Shown: piece by piece, positions 25,931 to 38,660 of the stretch | Numbering within the stretch: position 1 is the stretch's first letter | Layout: every line of letters starts with the position of its first letter | DNA from: Eledone cirrhosa | Lineage: Eukaryota | Direction of reading: 5' to 3' | Assembly: GCA_964016885.1 (NCBI GenBank) | Contig: OZ024742.1 | Coordinates: forward strand, 82,026,001 to 82,090,000 | Length of the DNA: 64,000 bases | The notes under the pieces: generated by a model | What the model was told of the DNA's origin: nothing | Database searches by the model: none | The model's input: only the letters and a program-made list of their open reading frames with translations | Program-made: the position numbers and the translations under genes

Positions 25931-27576
25931 TAAACATAGGCGTAAACCCAAAAGAAAGCATGAATGGTATAACGATACGCAACATAGCCACAGGGGAAAA
26001 TGTATGAACTAATAAGAACAAATCTAATAGGATACACTGACAGATCCCACACGTGCACGCAAATATAGATTGGAAAACATGACAAAAACAGCAACCTAAT
26101 GACGATCAAGAGAGACAAGAGTAGAGACTTAGAGCAGAAACTAGACATAAAAAGAAACACACTTGTGCAGTCAATACATACAGTATTGTTTAAAAATAGA
26201 GGTGTAGATGTAGCAATATACAAATATTCAGACGCACACACACGTGCAAACCCACTCGCATGAGCAGACCAGATACACACCTGAAAAAGACAAGATGGAA
26301 TATAATAAAAATACGAAGGGACACAGAATAACAAGAATTGTCATTGGATAACTAATCCATACATGAACTGATGTATGGATTATTTATTCAACAAATAATA
26401 AAATTAAGTAAAACTGAAACGCTTGTGTTTTAATGGCAATATGACCTACTGAAAGTGTAACAATATCTCATTCAACACAAGACTTCACATTAAGAATCAT
26501 GCAAAACAAATTTACCAAAAAACGAAGCTTTTTCACGAGGTCTTAAGTAGCATATGCTTAATATCCCTAACGAGAGATGTGTGTAACTACATTGGCTTAT
26601 GAAACCTTGAAGCATGCTTCAAGAGAAAACTCCAGGAACATAGCTTTGCTAAAGGAATCAATTAATTGTATAAATAGTGTTTCAATACATGATTATATCG
26701 GATGGTACAAAAAATACCGCCCAACGATATTCTCCTCGACATTTCAGGCACGGAACTTGTTTTAATCTTGTTTAGTTTTAGTAATCTCTCGCATATATTG
26801 TATCTTTTCTCTTGAACAATGCTTAAAGTATTTTTAAAAAGCGATATGTCGTGACATAAATGACTTGTTATGGATAGTAAAACATATGCATTTTAAAATC
26901 TAGGGAAAATGTTTTTAAGCTCTTTAAGCCGTCCGGAGAGTTGGATGAGTGAGCACAGGACTACATGTATGCAAACATCAAGCATCTTATCAAAATCGCG
27001 GGAATAAAATTTGCCTGCGACATACTTATCCTGTGCATTGAAGATAACATCCTTGGATGAAATATTCTAAACAGGTTAATGAAACATGTATTCAATGAAA
27101 TCTAGGAAGAGCCTTAATAAGTTTTATATCTGAGAGCTGTACCAGTTACATGTATTTGTTTAAACTATAAACAGGAACAAATTGAAAGGTTTGTAGATTT
27201 AACGAAAGGTTTTAGGGAGGTCTCAAAATTGCTGTATGCTTGATGAAATATGAAAAGTAATAGTTCCATGCAAGTAATAATTCCATACAAGAAATACATC
27301 ATTTGTTTTAACGAGTAGTTAATACTTAGAAATCTTTCGAAGATTCTAACAGTTCAAACAAAAACATATTTGCCATGGACCTGATTCTTTTTGTACTTTT
27401 ATATATACACATATGCATACAGGTACACATACATATATGCACGCATCAGTTTAGCCGACGTTTATTATAACGCCGGCCGCTTTGTTCGTTTGTTTGTCAA
27501 CAAAGCGAACAGCCTGAATTTATGCCATACGGTGTTAAGGCAACCACGTCACCTTTTTGTTCAACACTGACACAGG

Positions 27577-27621
27577 AACGATGTACTAGTTTCAAGCTTG
27601 TTAGCTATCATCAGCACCGTT
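27577..27621 (-). ncRNA. minimal hammerhead ribozyme (inverted copy)
   Basis: Reverse complement of 28040-28084. Confidence 0.78.
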
Positions 27622-27855
27622 TACCCATCTGCCAGATAGTTGAACGTTCGAAAGTATATACTTTCCTTATGAAAATTAACGGCTGAGCAGCCTAATTTGC
27701 ATATTGAGTGAGTTAAATCGGTCAGGCATACCGAAAACGATAAGTTGAAAAAAATGAAAACGCAATTTCATTTCTCACTCTTAGTATGGCACTTACTTAA
27801 ATGTAAGTATGTATGTATACGTACATACATATATGTATACAGACGTACAGTAGCA

Positions 27856-27909
<54 letters not shown>

Positions 27910-28039
27910 TATACACATATGCATACAGGTACACAGACATATATGCACGCATCAGTTTATGCAAATTAGGCTGCTCAGCCGTTAATTTTCATAAGGAAAG
28001 TATATACTTTCGAACGTTCAACTATCTGGCAGATGGGTA

Positions 28040-28084
28040 AACGGTGCTGATGATAGCTAACAAGCTTGAAACTAGTACATCGTT
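28040..28084 (+). ncRNA. minimal type I hammerhead ribozyme
   Basis: AACGGTG-CTGATGA-TAGCT-AACA-AGCTT-GAAA-CTAGTA-CATCGTT: 7-bp helix I, ACTAGT palindrome, GUA site. Confidence 0.8.
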
Positions 28085-28336
28085 CCTGTGTCAGTGTTGA
28101 ACAAAAAGGTGACGTGGTTGCCTTAACACCGTATGGCATAAATTCAGGCTGTTCGCTTTGTTGACAAACAAACGAACAAAGCGGCCGGCGTTATAATAAA
28201 CGTCGGCTAAACAGATGCGTGCATATATGTATGTGTACCTGTATGCATATGTGTATATATATGTATATATATATATATATGCATGCTACTGTACGTCTGT
28301 ATACATATATGTATGTACGTATACATACATACTTAC

Positions 28337-28371
<35 letters not shown>

Positions 28372-28374
<3 letters not shown>

Positions 28375-29338
28375 TATCCCAAATTGTAGAAATCTTATAA
28401 AGAGACGGCCGTCTGGAAGGAAAGAGATATTTATTTAATAATGTCGCATATAAAATAATACAACCAGCTCTCCACGAAATACTGATTAGTTAACACCCCA
28501 AACACTAAATTGGGATAATACTTAGCTATATCCTAATGTTTGTTGAGTGAGATCGAGTTGGTCGGAGTATCGCTTAAGGCTTTCTATGTTTATGTATTGG
28601 TGGCCTGATATGATTTCCAGATATAATGTATGACACTCTTTATTATTATTATATTTTATATGAAATACTGATTGATCTTCCTTGCATCCCATGTCTGATT
28701 TAGCCTTAGAGAATGACTATGTGTGTATATGGGTGATCCATACATGTATTAATTATGTTTTAATATCTCTGTGTGTGCATTGGTTGTGTATACATATAGT
28801 TATTCTTTTAATATCCAATTGAGTTCTTATACACGTGGTTAATACCTAACAGGTTTAAATGACCAGCGTGTATATTGTGTTATTTTAAGATGACCACCCT
28901 TTACCCTTTTGGGGACAGCGTGTATTTTATCTTTGGGAGGACTGCTGGATTTTCTAATCTACCAGTCTCTTCTTAGCGCTGAGGGAGACCATGACCATTC
29001 TATTAATGTCGATATAATTCTTATATCGGTATTATTTGGGTATCCACTGATGAGTTTATATGAGCCCGGTTGTGTATAAAACTAGGGATTATATACAAGT
29101 TTCTACATAACCTGGAAATTATTTATCACAAATTGTAGAAATCTTACGTCTGGAAGGATAGAGATATTTATTTAATAATGTCTCATATAAAATAATACAA
29201 CCAGATATCCACGAAATACTGATTAGTTAGCACCCCAATCAGTAAATTGGGATAATACTTAGGTATGTCCTAATGTTTGTTGAATGAGATGGATTTGCTC
29301 GGAGTATCGCTTAAGATTTGCTCTGTTTATGTATTGTA
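28372..29338 (+). mobile_element. ORF-less ~750-bp unit plus ~220-bp terminal direct repeat, with a decayed HHR (putative non-autonomous PLE)
   Basis: 28372-28599 repeats at 29121-29336; (TA)n on both sides; ATCCA-CTGATGA-GTTTTATA..TATAAAAC-TAGGGAT at 29042-29090 lacks GAAA. Confidence 0.55.
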
Positions 29339-29354
29339 TATATATATTGTTATA

Positions 29355-29393
<39 letters not shown>

Positions 29394-30699
29394 TTATATA
29401 TATATATATATATACATATATATAAGAGAGCTAGAGAGAGGGACAGAGAGAGAGAGAGCGAGAGAGAGGGAAAGAGATAGATAGATAGAGAGACAGACAC
29501 ACAGGCAGAGGGAGAGAGAGATAGAGAGAGATTTAATATATATGGGGAACAAAGTGAACTCGTGCCAATTTCCAGGACGAAATAGTCAACTACATTGCTA
29601 AGTCTAAAAGGTCTTTCGGCAAATGTGAACTTCATCTCTGAGATAAACAAGGAATCACATTGAAAACAGAAATCCAGCTTTACTAAGCTGTGAGGCATTT
29701 AACTCTCCTGTAGGTATAGGGGATCTGTAGTTCCTTACCGATCACATATTACTGAGTCTGATGGATTTCATAATCGTTATCTTCGGCTGACAACCCAGAC
29801 CCTGCATGTCCATGGTTCTATATTGTTGCGACAAGAATTGTTGCGACAAGAATTGTTGGTCCCTAACAACTTGAACTTGGTCCCTTACAATTTGAACACA
29901 TGTATGTTTATATCTGTGTTTATCTCTCTTAAATATTCAATTAAATTACACGGCTCAGAAATACTTCTTTCTTTGAGCTATTTAATTGCAAGAGGCTATT
30001 TTGAGTTTCTAACTCATATATACCTTTGATATATATATATATGTGTGTGTGTACGTGTGTATGTGCGTGTGAGTGTGTGTGTGTAGGGGGAGGGTGCGAG
30101 TGTGTGTGTAGTAAACGCAGTCAATTTAAAGGAAATTCCCTGCAGTGGCAAGTATATTTTATAGACTGTTAAACACTGAAATAAATTAGTTGGCCTGGAG
30201 GAAAACGGAATAATATACCGAGGATCATTCTGCGATAATATAAATCAATTTGCTGTTTATATATATTTGGTTCATTTTATCAATCATTGGTCTAATACTG
30301 GTGTAAAATGTACTTCTTTTTTATTATGATTCATATTATTTCGCTATTTCCTATTTTCCTTCTTCTTTCGCCTGATACATAGTGTCGTATATTGTAAATT
30401 AATGGAGGTGGGCTGGCTTATCCTATTCAGCTATAACTCTTGCAGATTTTCCGTTTTTACAGTGGAGACATTTTCATATCTCACCCCAAACACCACCACC
30501 CGCCCCTGACTCTCTCTCTCTCTCTCATTGAAACGAAAATTAATGAGCCGAAGATTCCCAATACAGATGTTTTCTTTCTGAAATCACTGCAGCGTGAGAT
30601 ATATTTGCGACTGTGTCTTATATCCTATTGGGCAACTTTAATGCGTTGTTAGCACAGTCTCTTGACATGGAAAAAGTTGATTGAATGGAATGGCCAGAC

Positions 30700-31090
30700 C
30701 GAGCTAAATTCGAATGGTTACGGCTTATTGGATTTCGGTTTTCGAGTGCTTTTCCTATGATGACCACATTGCTCCGAATACATAAACATACATGGTATAC
30801 AAGCAACAAATTTATTTGTTTATTGAGTAGCGCTTATTGGGTTCTATACTAGATACTCTTGTTAGATAAATCATGTGATTATTGTTCAGAAGTGTATGTT
30901 CCTTTCGCATATTTCGAAAAAGCACGCGACCAGTGTGTACGAGACTTGTTGTTGAAGGTTTTGTAAAATGATGGTATTGATGAAGAGGTTACTGTTATTA
31001 TGAAGTCTCTCTAAGAAAGCCTTAGTATTTGTGTTTGGATAAATGGTGCTAATTCGAAATCTTACAATGTTTGTTGTCAGGATCTAATAA
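30700..31090 (+). pseudogene. decayed LINE reverse transcriptase fragment
   Basis: YVPFAYFEKARDQCVRDLLLKVL*NDGI..IMKSL resembles the F(I)DFEKAFDSV.R..L..L...GI motif. Confidence 0.5.
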
Positions 31091-31239
31091 CGTTGCATAA
31101 TTGCCACTCCTGTTCATACGTTTCATGATTAGGATTTACATGTACAGCAAGTTTGAAAGTTGTATCAAACCCAGCCAGTGTATGATCAGTTGGCGATAAT
31201 TCTTAGACAACATTATATTACATACTTATCTGGATTAAA

Positions 31240-31470
31240 TGTGATCTTCGACATGCACTAGATGGTTTTGTTGGCTGGAAATAAAGAAAATCAATACTGA
31301 GAAGAATGAAACAACCGACATTTCACGAAACACTGCGCAGTGCACGACGCATGTTGACTTAGTTATATTGAAGCAGGTGGTGATGCTCAAGAATCTCGGA
31401 TGGAAGGCCGTGAGCTGAATCAAACACATCAGTTGATGATTGTGTGCAATATACCGCCATCATCTACACA
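31240..31470 (-). pseudogene. possible Gypsy integrase Zn-binding region remnant
   Basis: Minus strand DVFDSAHGL(HP) followed by Cys pair and HLVHVE, needing frameshifts. Confidence 0.35.
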
Positions 31471-33834
31471 GTCACCGCCAACCTCACGATTTTAATTCAC
31501 TTTTCGCACCTACCATTATCTTTTGTCATTAAACTTATCAGTAAACTGAATAAATGTGATAGTGATTACAATCGGCTGAAACGGGATTTTCTGGAAGGTT
31601 TTTCTTTAGTAAAGATACTCGAATGAATGCAAAAGCAACTTTTTCTAAGAATTGAGGGATCATCGATGCGGTACAACGGATATAAACGGTTGAAGTTATT
31701 TAAAGAAAATCACCAAATTGGGGAAAAGCCAGAATACCAGAATTAAATTGGTTGCATAACATCCATAATCTCAGTAGATCTCGCTAGGTGATCCAGCTGC
31801 AACAATTGAAGATGGATTCTGTTGATAGGATCTTCTAGAATGCGTGTTTGAGAGGTCAGCCTCCGCCCAGGATCATCCCAGGAATAAGTAGACAGAAAAA
31901 GTAAGAAAGGAGAAGATTACAATATCTTCATTTCTCACTATGAATGAATTCGGTACAGCCTTAAGCAACTAGGAATATATATTTCAAGAAACACCGCGAA
32001 ATTTATGTTACTGTCACTCTCTAATTGAAATATTTATTTGAATGCATACTCTGTCGGAAAAATATGATTACTCTTACTAATTATTGACATACAAACATTG
32101 ATTCCTCCGACTCCTTGGTATTTAAAAGTATTGTGAAAATTCCATATTCTTCAACTGAATTCACCATAAAAATTTGTCTGACAAGTCTAAAATATATCTA
32201 AAAGGTGCTGGACACCCTCCTTTATAAAGCTATACTTAATTTGCTGAATGGTTTAACAAACAAATTATTTTGTGTTTTTTATATCAATATTAACGGCAAC
32301 ATTTGGGCAATTCCGTAAAAATCATTAAGAAAAACCGTGGAATGGATGTTATGATACAATGCATTTCTTTTGCTAATTCATTGTTATATGTAAATAAATT
32401 GTTAACACGTAAACAATAAATACAGAGAATTATTGGCTAGCATAAGATATGACAAAGTAATAACAATTAATGAGATATCAATTATTAAAACAGAGTCTAA
32501 TTGCTTCTTAGCGCATAGAGCAAAAAAGAGTTATCTGTTAAGCCGGCGTCTAATATTTTCATGGCAGCCTGTCTAATTAAATAATATCTCAATTAACCAT
32601 TAACTTCTTTATAGCAAACACAATAACTAGCGTCTATAATGTCTACAGATTGTGTAGATATGAATAATGTGTATGTAAAATAAACATATTACAATCCCGC
32701 AAATATGTTAGAATTTGGAAATATTTCATGAACATTTCAAACATTATATATATGTAGCAAGATGACGCCACCTAGTTTCTGACTTTAAAAACAGACTATT
32801 AACTGCCCTTGGTTCTGACGTCACGTTTTGAGGTCATTAGCTAAAGGCTGTCTCTTCCGACATTGACTTTCATGCTAACAAGACGTGTTTGTTTACCTGT
32901 CGCATCAATAATTCACCATGCGGTCACCTATACATTTCAACGCATTCCCTTGTGATAATATCTGACACTAAGTCAAGGAGTAACGTGTGTATTAAACTGT
33001 CTCGTTGGAAGAGCCGAACGCTACTCGTTACAATGCTTTTGTCCATTCTTTATTTCAGTGATAAAAATGCATATATATAACTCATCAAGGTATGTCTTTA
33101 GTGAACTGTTTATCGTGCATACACCTTACAAAAAAATCTATGTATTAACATGTACAAAGACATATTGTAAATACCTGAGTCATTAAACTATTCATTTACT
33201 ATGAATCCATTTTTTGTACTCAATGTTTCCTTGTTAAATTCTTCCAAAGACAAGGAATAGAGAGATGTTCATTTAACCAAACTAAATTGACCGCGAACGT
33301 TGAACACTTTGAAATGGCAACCTACTGATAAAACATTTGACTTTTTTTTTAACAAGCGGTAATCAACATTATTGTACATTTACAGACAAAAACAAACAAC
33401 CAAAAATGTATATATTCTGTTATGTTATACTATGTGCAGTGAATATATAAACAAAAAAATGATTAGCAACATTTTTGAACATTTTTATACAGACAAAACA
33501 GAAGAAATTTAATTTTTGTAATGGCCGATGATTTTCCCGCCCATTCTCTTTCTCCTTCGGGATGCAGCTATCTGATTGGCTGCGACGCATCATGTGATGC
33601 CATTTCCTTCTCCAATTAAAAATAAAAATAAACAAAACATTTAATTTTTCTGCCTTGAATTATTGTGACTTGTCGATTTCGGATTTTGCATTTCTTCTTT
33701 CTTCATGGATTTTGAGAGAAATTTGTGTTGTTTTCCCGTTGTTCCAAACATCTAACACGCGTTGCGTTTCTTTACTTGGATATCATTTATTATTTTCTAT
33801 GTGGAACTGATACAGGCTAATGATGAGTAGTCCT

Positions 33835-34090
33835 AATTTACCTGCGTTCTCCGGTGAGCCCAAGCTCTTGTTTGCACAACTGGATGCATATTTTGCTGCA
33901 AATGGAATTAAAACAGCAGAAACTCAATGTTTCGATTAGTGGTATACCTCCGTCGCTCGCCATCACGGTGAAAGATTTAATAACGGACCCGCCAACCGGT
34001 ACTTCGTATGATTCGTTGAGGACGAAAATATTAAGGAGAAACTGCCGTTCTGCTGAAAGCAGGTTTTGTGCATTATTGGAGGACGAATGT
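33835..34090 (+). pseudogene. Gypsy-type gag N-terminal remnant
   Basis: LPAFSGEPKLLFAQLDAYFAANGI, frameshift, then GIPPSLAITVKDLITDPPTGTSYDSLRTKILRR..SAESRFCALL. Confidence 0.65.
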
Positions 34091-35632
34091 TTCATGTGGT
34101 TTTATGTAATATAAGTCATCAACTTAGCAGGATTATAACTAAGTCATCGGATAACTAAGTCATTCGTTTTTGACTCAATATGAGTAACTCCACAATTCTT
34201 TGTGGTAACTGTGATGGATGTAAAATCATAGTATCGTGTTTTCGATTCCTGGACTGGGTTTTATACTCAGCTGAAAATGATTACTAGCAATAGCTGAGGG
34301 TTTACACTAATATGGGTCTCTCGCGTGCTCATAGGCCTCTTAGTCGCTTAACACAACGGACCCGTGGATATGAACTGGATTGACGACGCTCCGGTCTCGA
34401 TAGAGATTTAGACTTTTTTGACAATTATTGTTGACGATGACTACATACATTAGAGGGTATGATGTTAATTAATTCATTAATCAAATCTTCAACAGTTGAT
34501 GCAATATAATACATAAGCGATGCATTGTTATATAATTATCAATAATTTAATTATGCAATATCGAAATTAAAGAGAATTGCTCATGCATTGAATATAACAA
34601 ATTATATGACACGTTTCAACCATTTCTGTAATATTGTACGATATGCAACTTACTTCCAACTCAATGACTCTTAACCTGAATTATCTTCAGTTTGTCGACA
34701 CATTCCACGTACAGGCATCTACTAAAACAACATTATAGAACAAGTTATATGAATCATGATAATATGATGTGTTATCAAAATTCCTACATGTTGGAAAAAT
34801 AACATTCTTCCAACGTAACAGTAGGAAATATTCAATTGCCAGTTTCTGCGTTGTATTATCATCTAATATTAAAAAAGATACCTTCATGTAAATATACATT
34901 TGGATGCCCTTTCTGCAAATTAGTCCCATATAGTCCCCTTTCAGCATTTGCTTGTTTAAAAATGTTCAATTGTGAACCATCCAACTTCATGTTTCATGAC
35001 ATATACTGTAAATCAAATGCTACCTAATTTGTTGTATATTGATGGCAGTGATTTGTTTTATGACGGTTGTGTATAACCGTTACAGATGATATAATCAAAC
35101 ATTTGTAATGTAGGGATCGCAGAGCTCTATTCACACAAACTTAAACCTGACAAGTAACTTTCTCCAATTCTACTATATGATTACAGTAAAAGAAAACAGA
35201 ATGTTAGGTTTCCATTTACTGGTATACAAAACCTATTCTTAAAATATAACATACTGCGGAGTGCCAATGAAATATTTATACTTTTCCGGTCTCCTTTACA
35301 AGGAAGGTGAAAAACCTTACCTCAACACTTAATTATAATCTTTAATTTTTTGTTTTTAATCTTCATTGATTATTTCTAATTATTATACTCAACATTTAAT
35401 AACATGAAATTTACAAATACATCGAAACCGATAATACTTTATGTAATTTATAAACATTTTAAAACTCTTTTTTAAAATAAATGTCCCTCGCATTTTTCAA
35501 AAATGCGACTTTAACGAATCAAATAGATGAATAAAAGTAAAAAAGAAAAACAGACCCTTCAATATATTTTCAGTGCTATTTCCAATCTCACCTTTCTCTC
35601 TATATATATAAATCTCTCTCTATCCTCTCTAT

Positions 35633-35805
<173 letters not shown>

Positions 35806-36029
35806 ACCAAGGGCGTTTTGATAGCTAAAGATGTATATATATATATGTGTATATATATAACGTAGGAATTGAGACCGGCCACCAGGTGGGCCATAGCGCA
35901 CCAGAGTACTCGATACTTTGGTTAGTAGTGTGGGTAATATGCTTGAGCCCTGCCGTCAGAGTCCTGAACATTTTCCTATATGTACATATATCTATACATA
36001 CACACACACACACACAGATATATATATAT

Positions 36030-36710
36030 AATTGTCCTAATAACTTAATTTAGTTATTATTGCACCGACGTGAGGTATATGATTTTTTATGCAATGAAAT
36101 ATCTATGATCGTCGGCAAATCACTGATGAGGGACTCATTTTATTACATGTTATCCATGTGCAACCTGCAGTATTCTTCTCCCCATTTTTTCACATATATT
36201 TACCTAAACTGCGATTCTGTTTTTTTCTCTCTCTCTCTCTCTTACTGCTCCCTCGTTCTCTCTGTTTCTCCTACTTTCTTTCGCCCTCTCTGTCATGTCA
36301 GTTAACTCTTCCTCACACTTCCACTCACTCACTCACTGTTTCTCCCCTTCTCACTTCACCCCGTTCGCGACGAATACATTTTCTTTCTTTCTCACATTTG
36401 GATTCATCTCGAAAGGTCTTTTTTCTAAGCGCTCATATATTCACCTAGCTTATGCTAACAGAATAACTATGTAGCTTGTTCCCTTCCTCTCTACGGTTAG
36501 CTCTCCTCTTTGTTGTTTACTTGTCTCACTCGCTTTACGCGTTTTAATTGTCCTAATAACTTAATTTAGTTATTATTTCACCGACGTGAGGTATATGATT
36601 TTTAATGCAATGAAATATCTATGATCGTCGGCAAATCACTGATGAGGGACTCATTTTATTACATGTTATCCATGGGCAACCTGCAGTATTCTTCTCCCCA
36701 TCTTTTCATA
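36030..36710 (+). repeat. ~170-bp direct repeats 36030-36200 and 36547-36710
   Basis: AATTGTCCTAATAAC... to TTCTTCTCCCCAT duplicated; (TA)n at both outer ends. Confidence 0.9.
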
Positions 36711-36950
36711 TATATATATATATTTATATGTAGGATGTGAGTTTTATTGTAGTACAATAAAGCAATGCAAATATCGGATAACTAGCACTCTACATTTTTA
36801 GGACTGGAGTATAAATAATATAAGATCGGAACTCTTTTAACCATCCTTTGATCTTATATTATATATATTTATATATATATACTATTTATACTCTGCTGTT
36901 TATTGAGTACCTTACTTACTGCGTTTACACATATACATACACACATACAC

Positions 36951-37042
<92 letters not shown>

Positions 37043-37047
37043 CACAT

Positions 37048-37082
<35 letters not shown>

Positions 37083-37735
37083 AAAGAAAAAAAAGCTATA
37101 TTGATGAAGGTAATACCCAGAAACATTAGTGTCTGCAGTTCTGTTTACATGCCAAGACAAGAGCAAGAATGAGAGGCTCATTCTACTGACATGGCTTTAA
37201 AAATAAAAATGAGGCATGTTTGCATAATTGCAAAAGAATCGAATATCATTAGTAATGTTTATAACTGATTTAGAGCGTAAGGTCTTCAAAATGCTTATAA
37301 TTAAACATATAGTGTATTGCAAAATACACTATATATACATTCATATATATATCGCTATTTCAAAGCACCAATTCAAATTTTGAATTTCTGCTTGACCGGC
37401 AACCGCTCTGTATAATCAGTTCCAGATTATTACTAGAATTCTATAGTATTCAAACATTCATGATTTTCAGCAAACAGGCGGATGACTTGGCTTTGATAGG
37501 CACCAAAAAGTACGAAACAGACCCCTGTCAGCTTTATCTCCCCTGTTTACTGAAAATAAAAGTAAGTGAGACCGTCACTACTCTAGAACAATAGCGTAAG
37601 GTCTTCGAACTACTTTTAATTAAGCATACAGTGTATGCAAAATACACTATATATACATTCATATATATATATTGCTATTTAAGAGAACCAATCGTAATTA
37701 TATATATATATATATATGTGCGTGTATATATATAC

Positions 37736-37799
37736 CATATTTATTCTATAAATATTTCAAGTGTACCAAAACTTTGGTACGCCCTCATCAGATAAAATA
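37736..37799 (-). ncRNA. type I hammerhead ribozyme, helix I disturbed
   Basis: Minus strand: TATTTTAT-CTGATGA-GGGCGTACCAAA-GT-TTTGGTACACTT-GAAA-TATTTA-TA-GAATAAATA. Confidence 0.75.
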
Positions 37800-38472
37800 T
37801 AAAGTTTGTTTTATAAATATTGACATATCCAGGAACGAGACCTTTATGGTTCAAGTTATACCTGGATAGTAAAAGGAAAAAGGGGAAGAGATGAAAAACA
37901 CATATTTCAATTTATTAAGATGAATATACAAATGAGGTTGACGTATAGAGCTGAAAAAAAGTTATTTTTAGACGCTAGGTAGATTTAAATATTTCTTAGG
38001 ATATATATGTATGTATAGGTAGAAGAAAGTGAAAGAAATTAAAGCTTGTATTTACGTGAATTTAAAAAAGATTGAAACGTTAAGAATTAACAGTTTGTTG
38101 GAGTGGTGGAATGTGATTCCAGAATTTAAGAAATATTTAGCTAAATTATGAATTATAATATTATATATATAATCAATTAGATTATAAGTACATTTTATCT
38201 TATATTGCAACAGCTGGTAAGTATATAAATATCTATATAGATTAATAAGTGTATAAATATAAGTATTATTGGTGATTATATAGATATAAAACACACGTAT
38301 AATGTGTTTACATTTCTAATATGAGTTACGAAGGATGTTGATTTTACATTTGACATATATATATTTTTTTTAACTGACGTAGTTCAAATTATAAGAGAAG
38401 AATAATTTGTAGATTCAAATATTTTCATCCAGCATTGAACATATTTTCAGAACATTATTAATTTAGCGAAAT

Positions 38473-38660
38473 GGTGAATTGGCAGTATCGGTAGAGAGTC
38501 GGACGCCATGCTTTGACGCATAGAGTTACGGCCCTTGCCATTCTGAGTTCAAATCCCGCCGAGGTTAACTTTGCCTTTCATCCTTACAGTGTCGATAAAA
38601 TAAAGTACCAGTAATACACTGGTTAATTGCTGGCCTTGTGCCAAAAGTAGAAACAATTAT
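38473..38660 (+). mobile_element. tRNA-derived SINE, near full length, with target-site duplication
   Basis: A-box-like TGGCAGTATCGG, B-box GAGTTCAAATCC, tail GCTGGCCTTGTGCC..AAACAATTATT; ATTATTAATTTAGCGAAAT at 38454-38472 and 38656-38674. Confidence 0.9.

Larger units (their letters stand above)
27401..28340. repeat. nested inverted repeats around an HHR-containing pLTR-like segment
   Basis: 27401-27703 is inverted to 27958-28260; 27799-27958 is inverted to 28208-28340. Confidence 0.93.

Noticed and set aside
29823-29900. Short 15- and 21-bp direct repeats resembling a CRISPR or iteron array
   Set aside because: Only two adjacent units each with no spacers, in eukaryotic context; local slippage.
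36122-36175. CTGATGAG as an HHR core (also 36639)
   Set aside because: No helix II followed by GAAA; ATGAG/CTCAT pairing would sequester the core.
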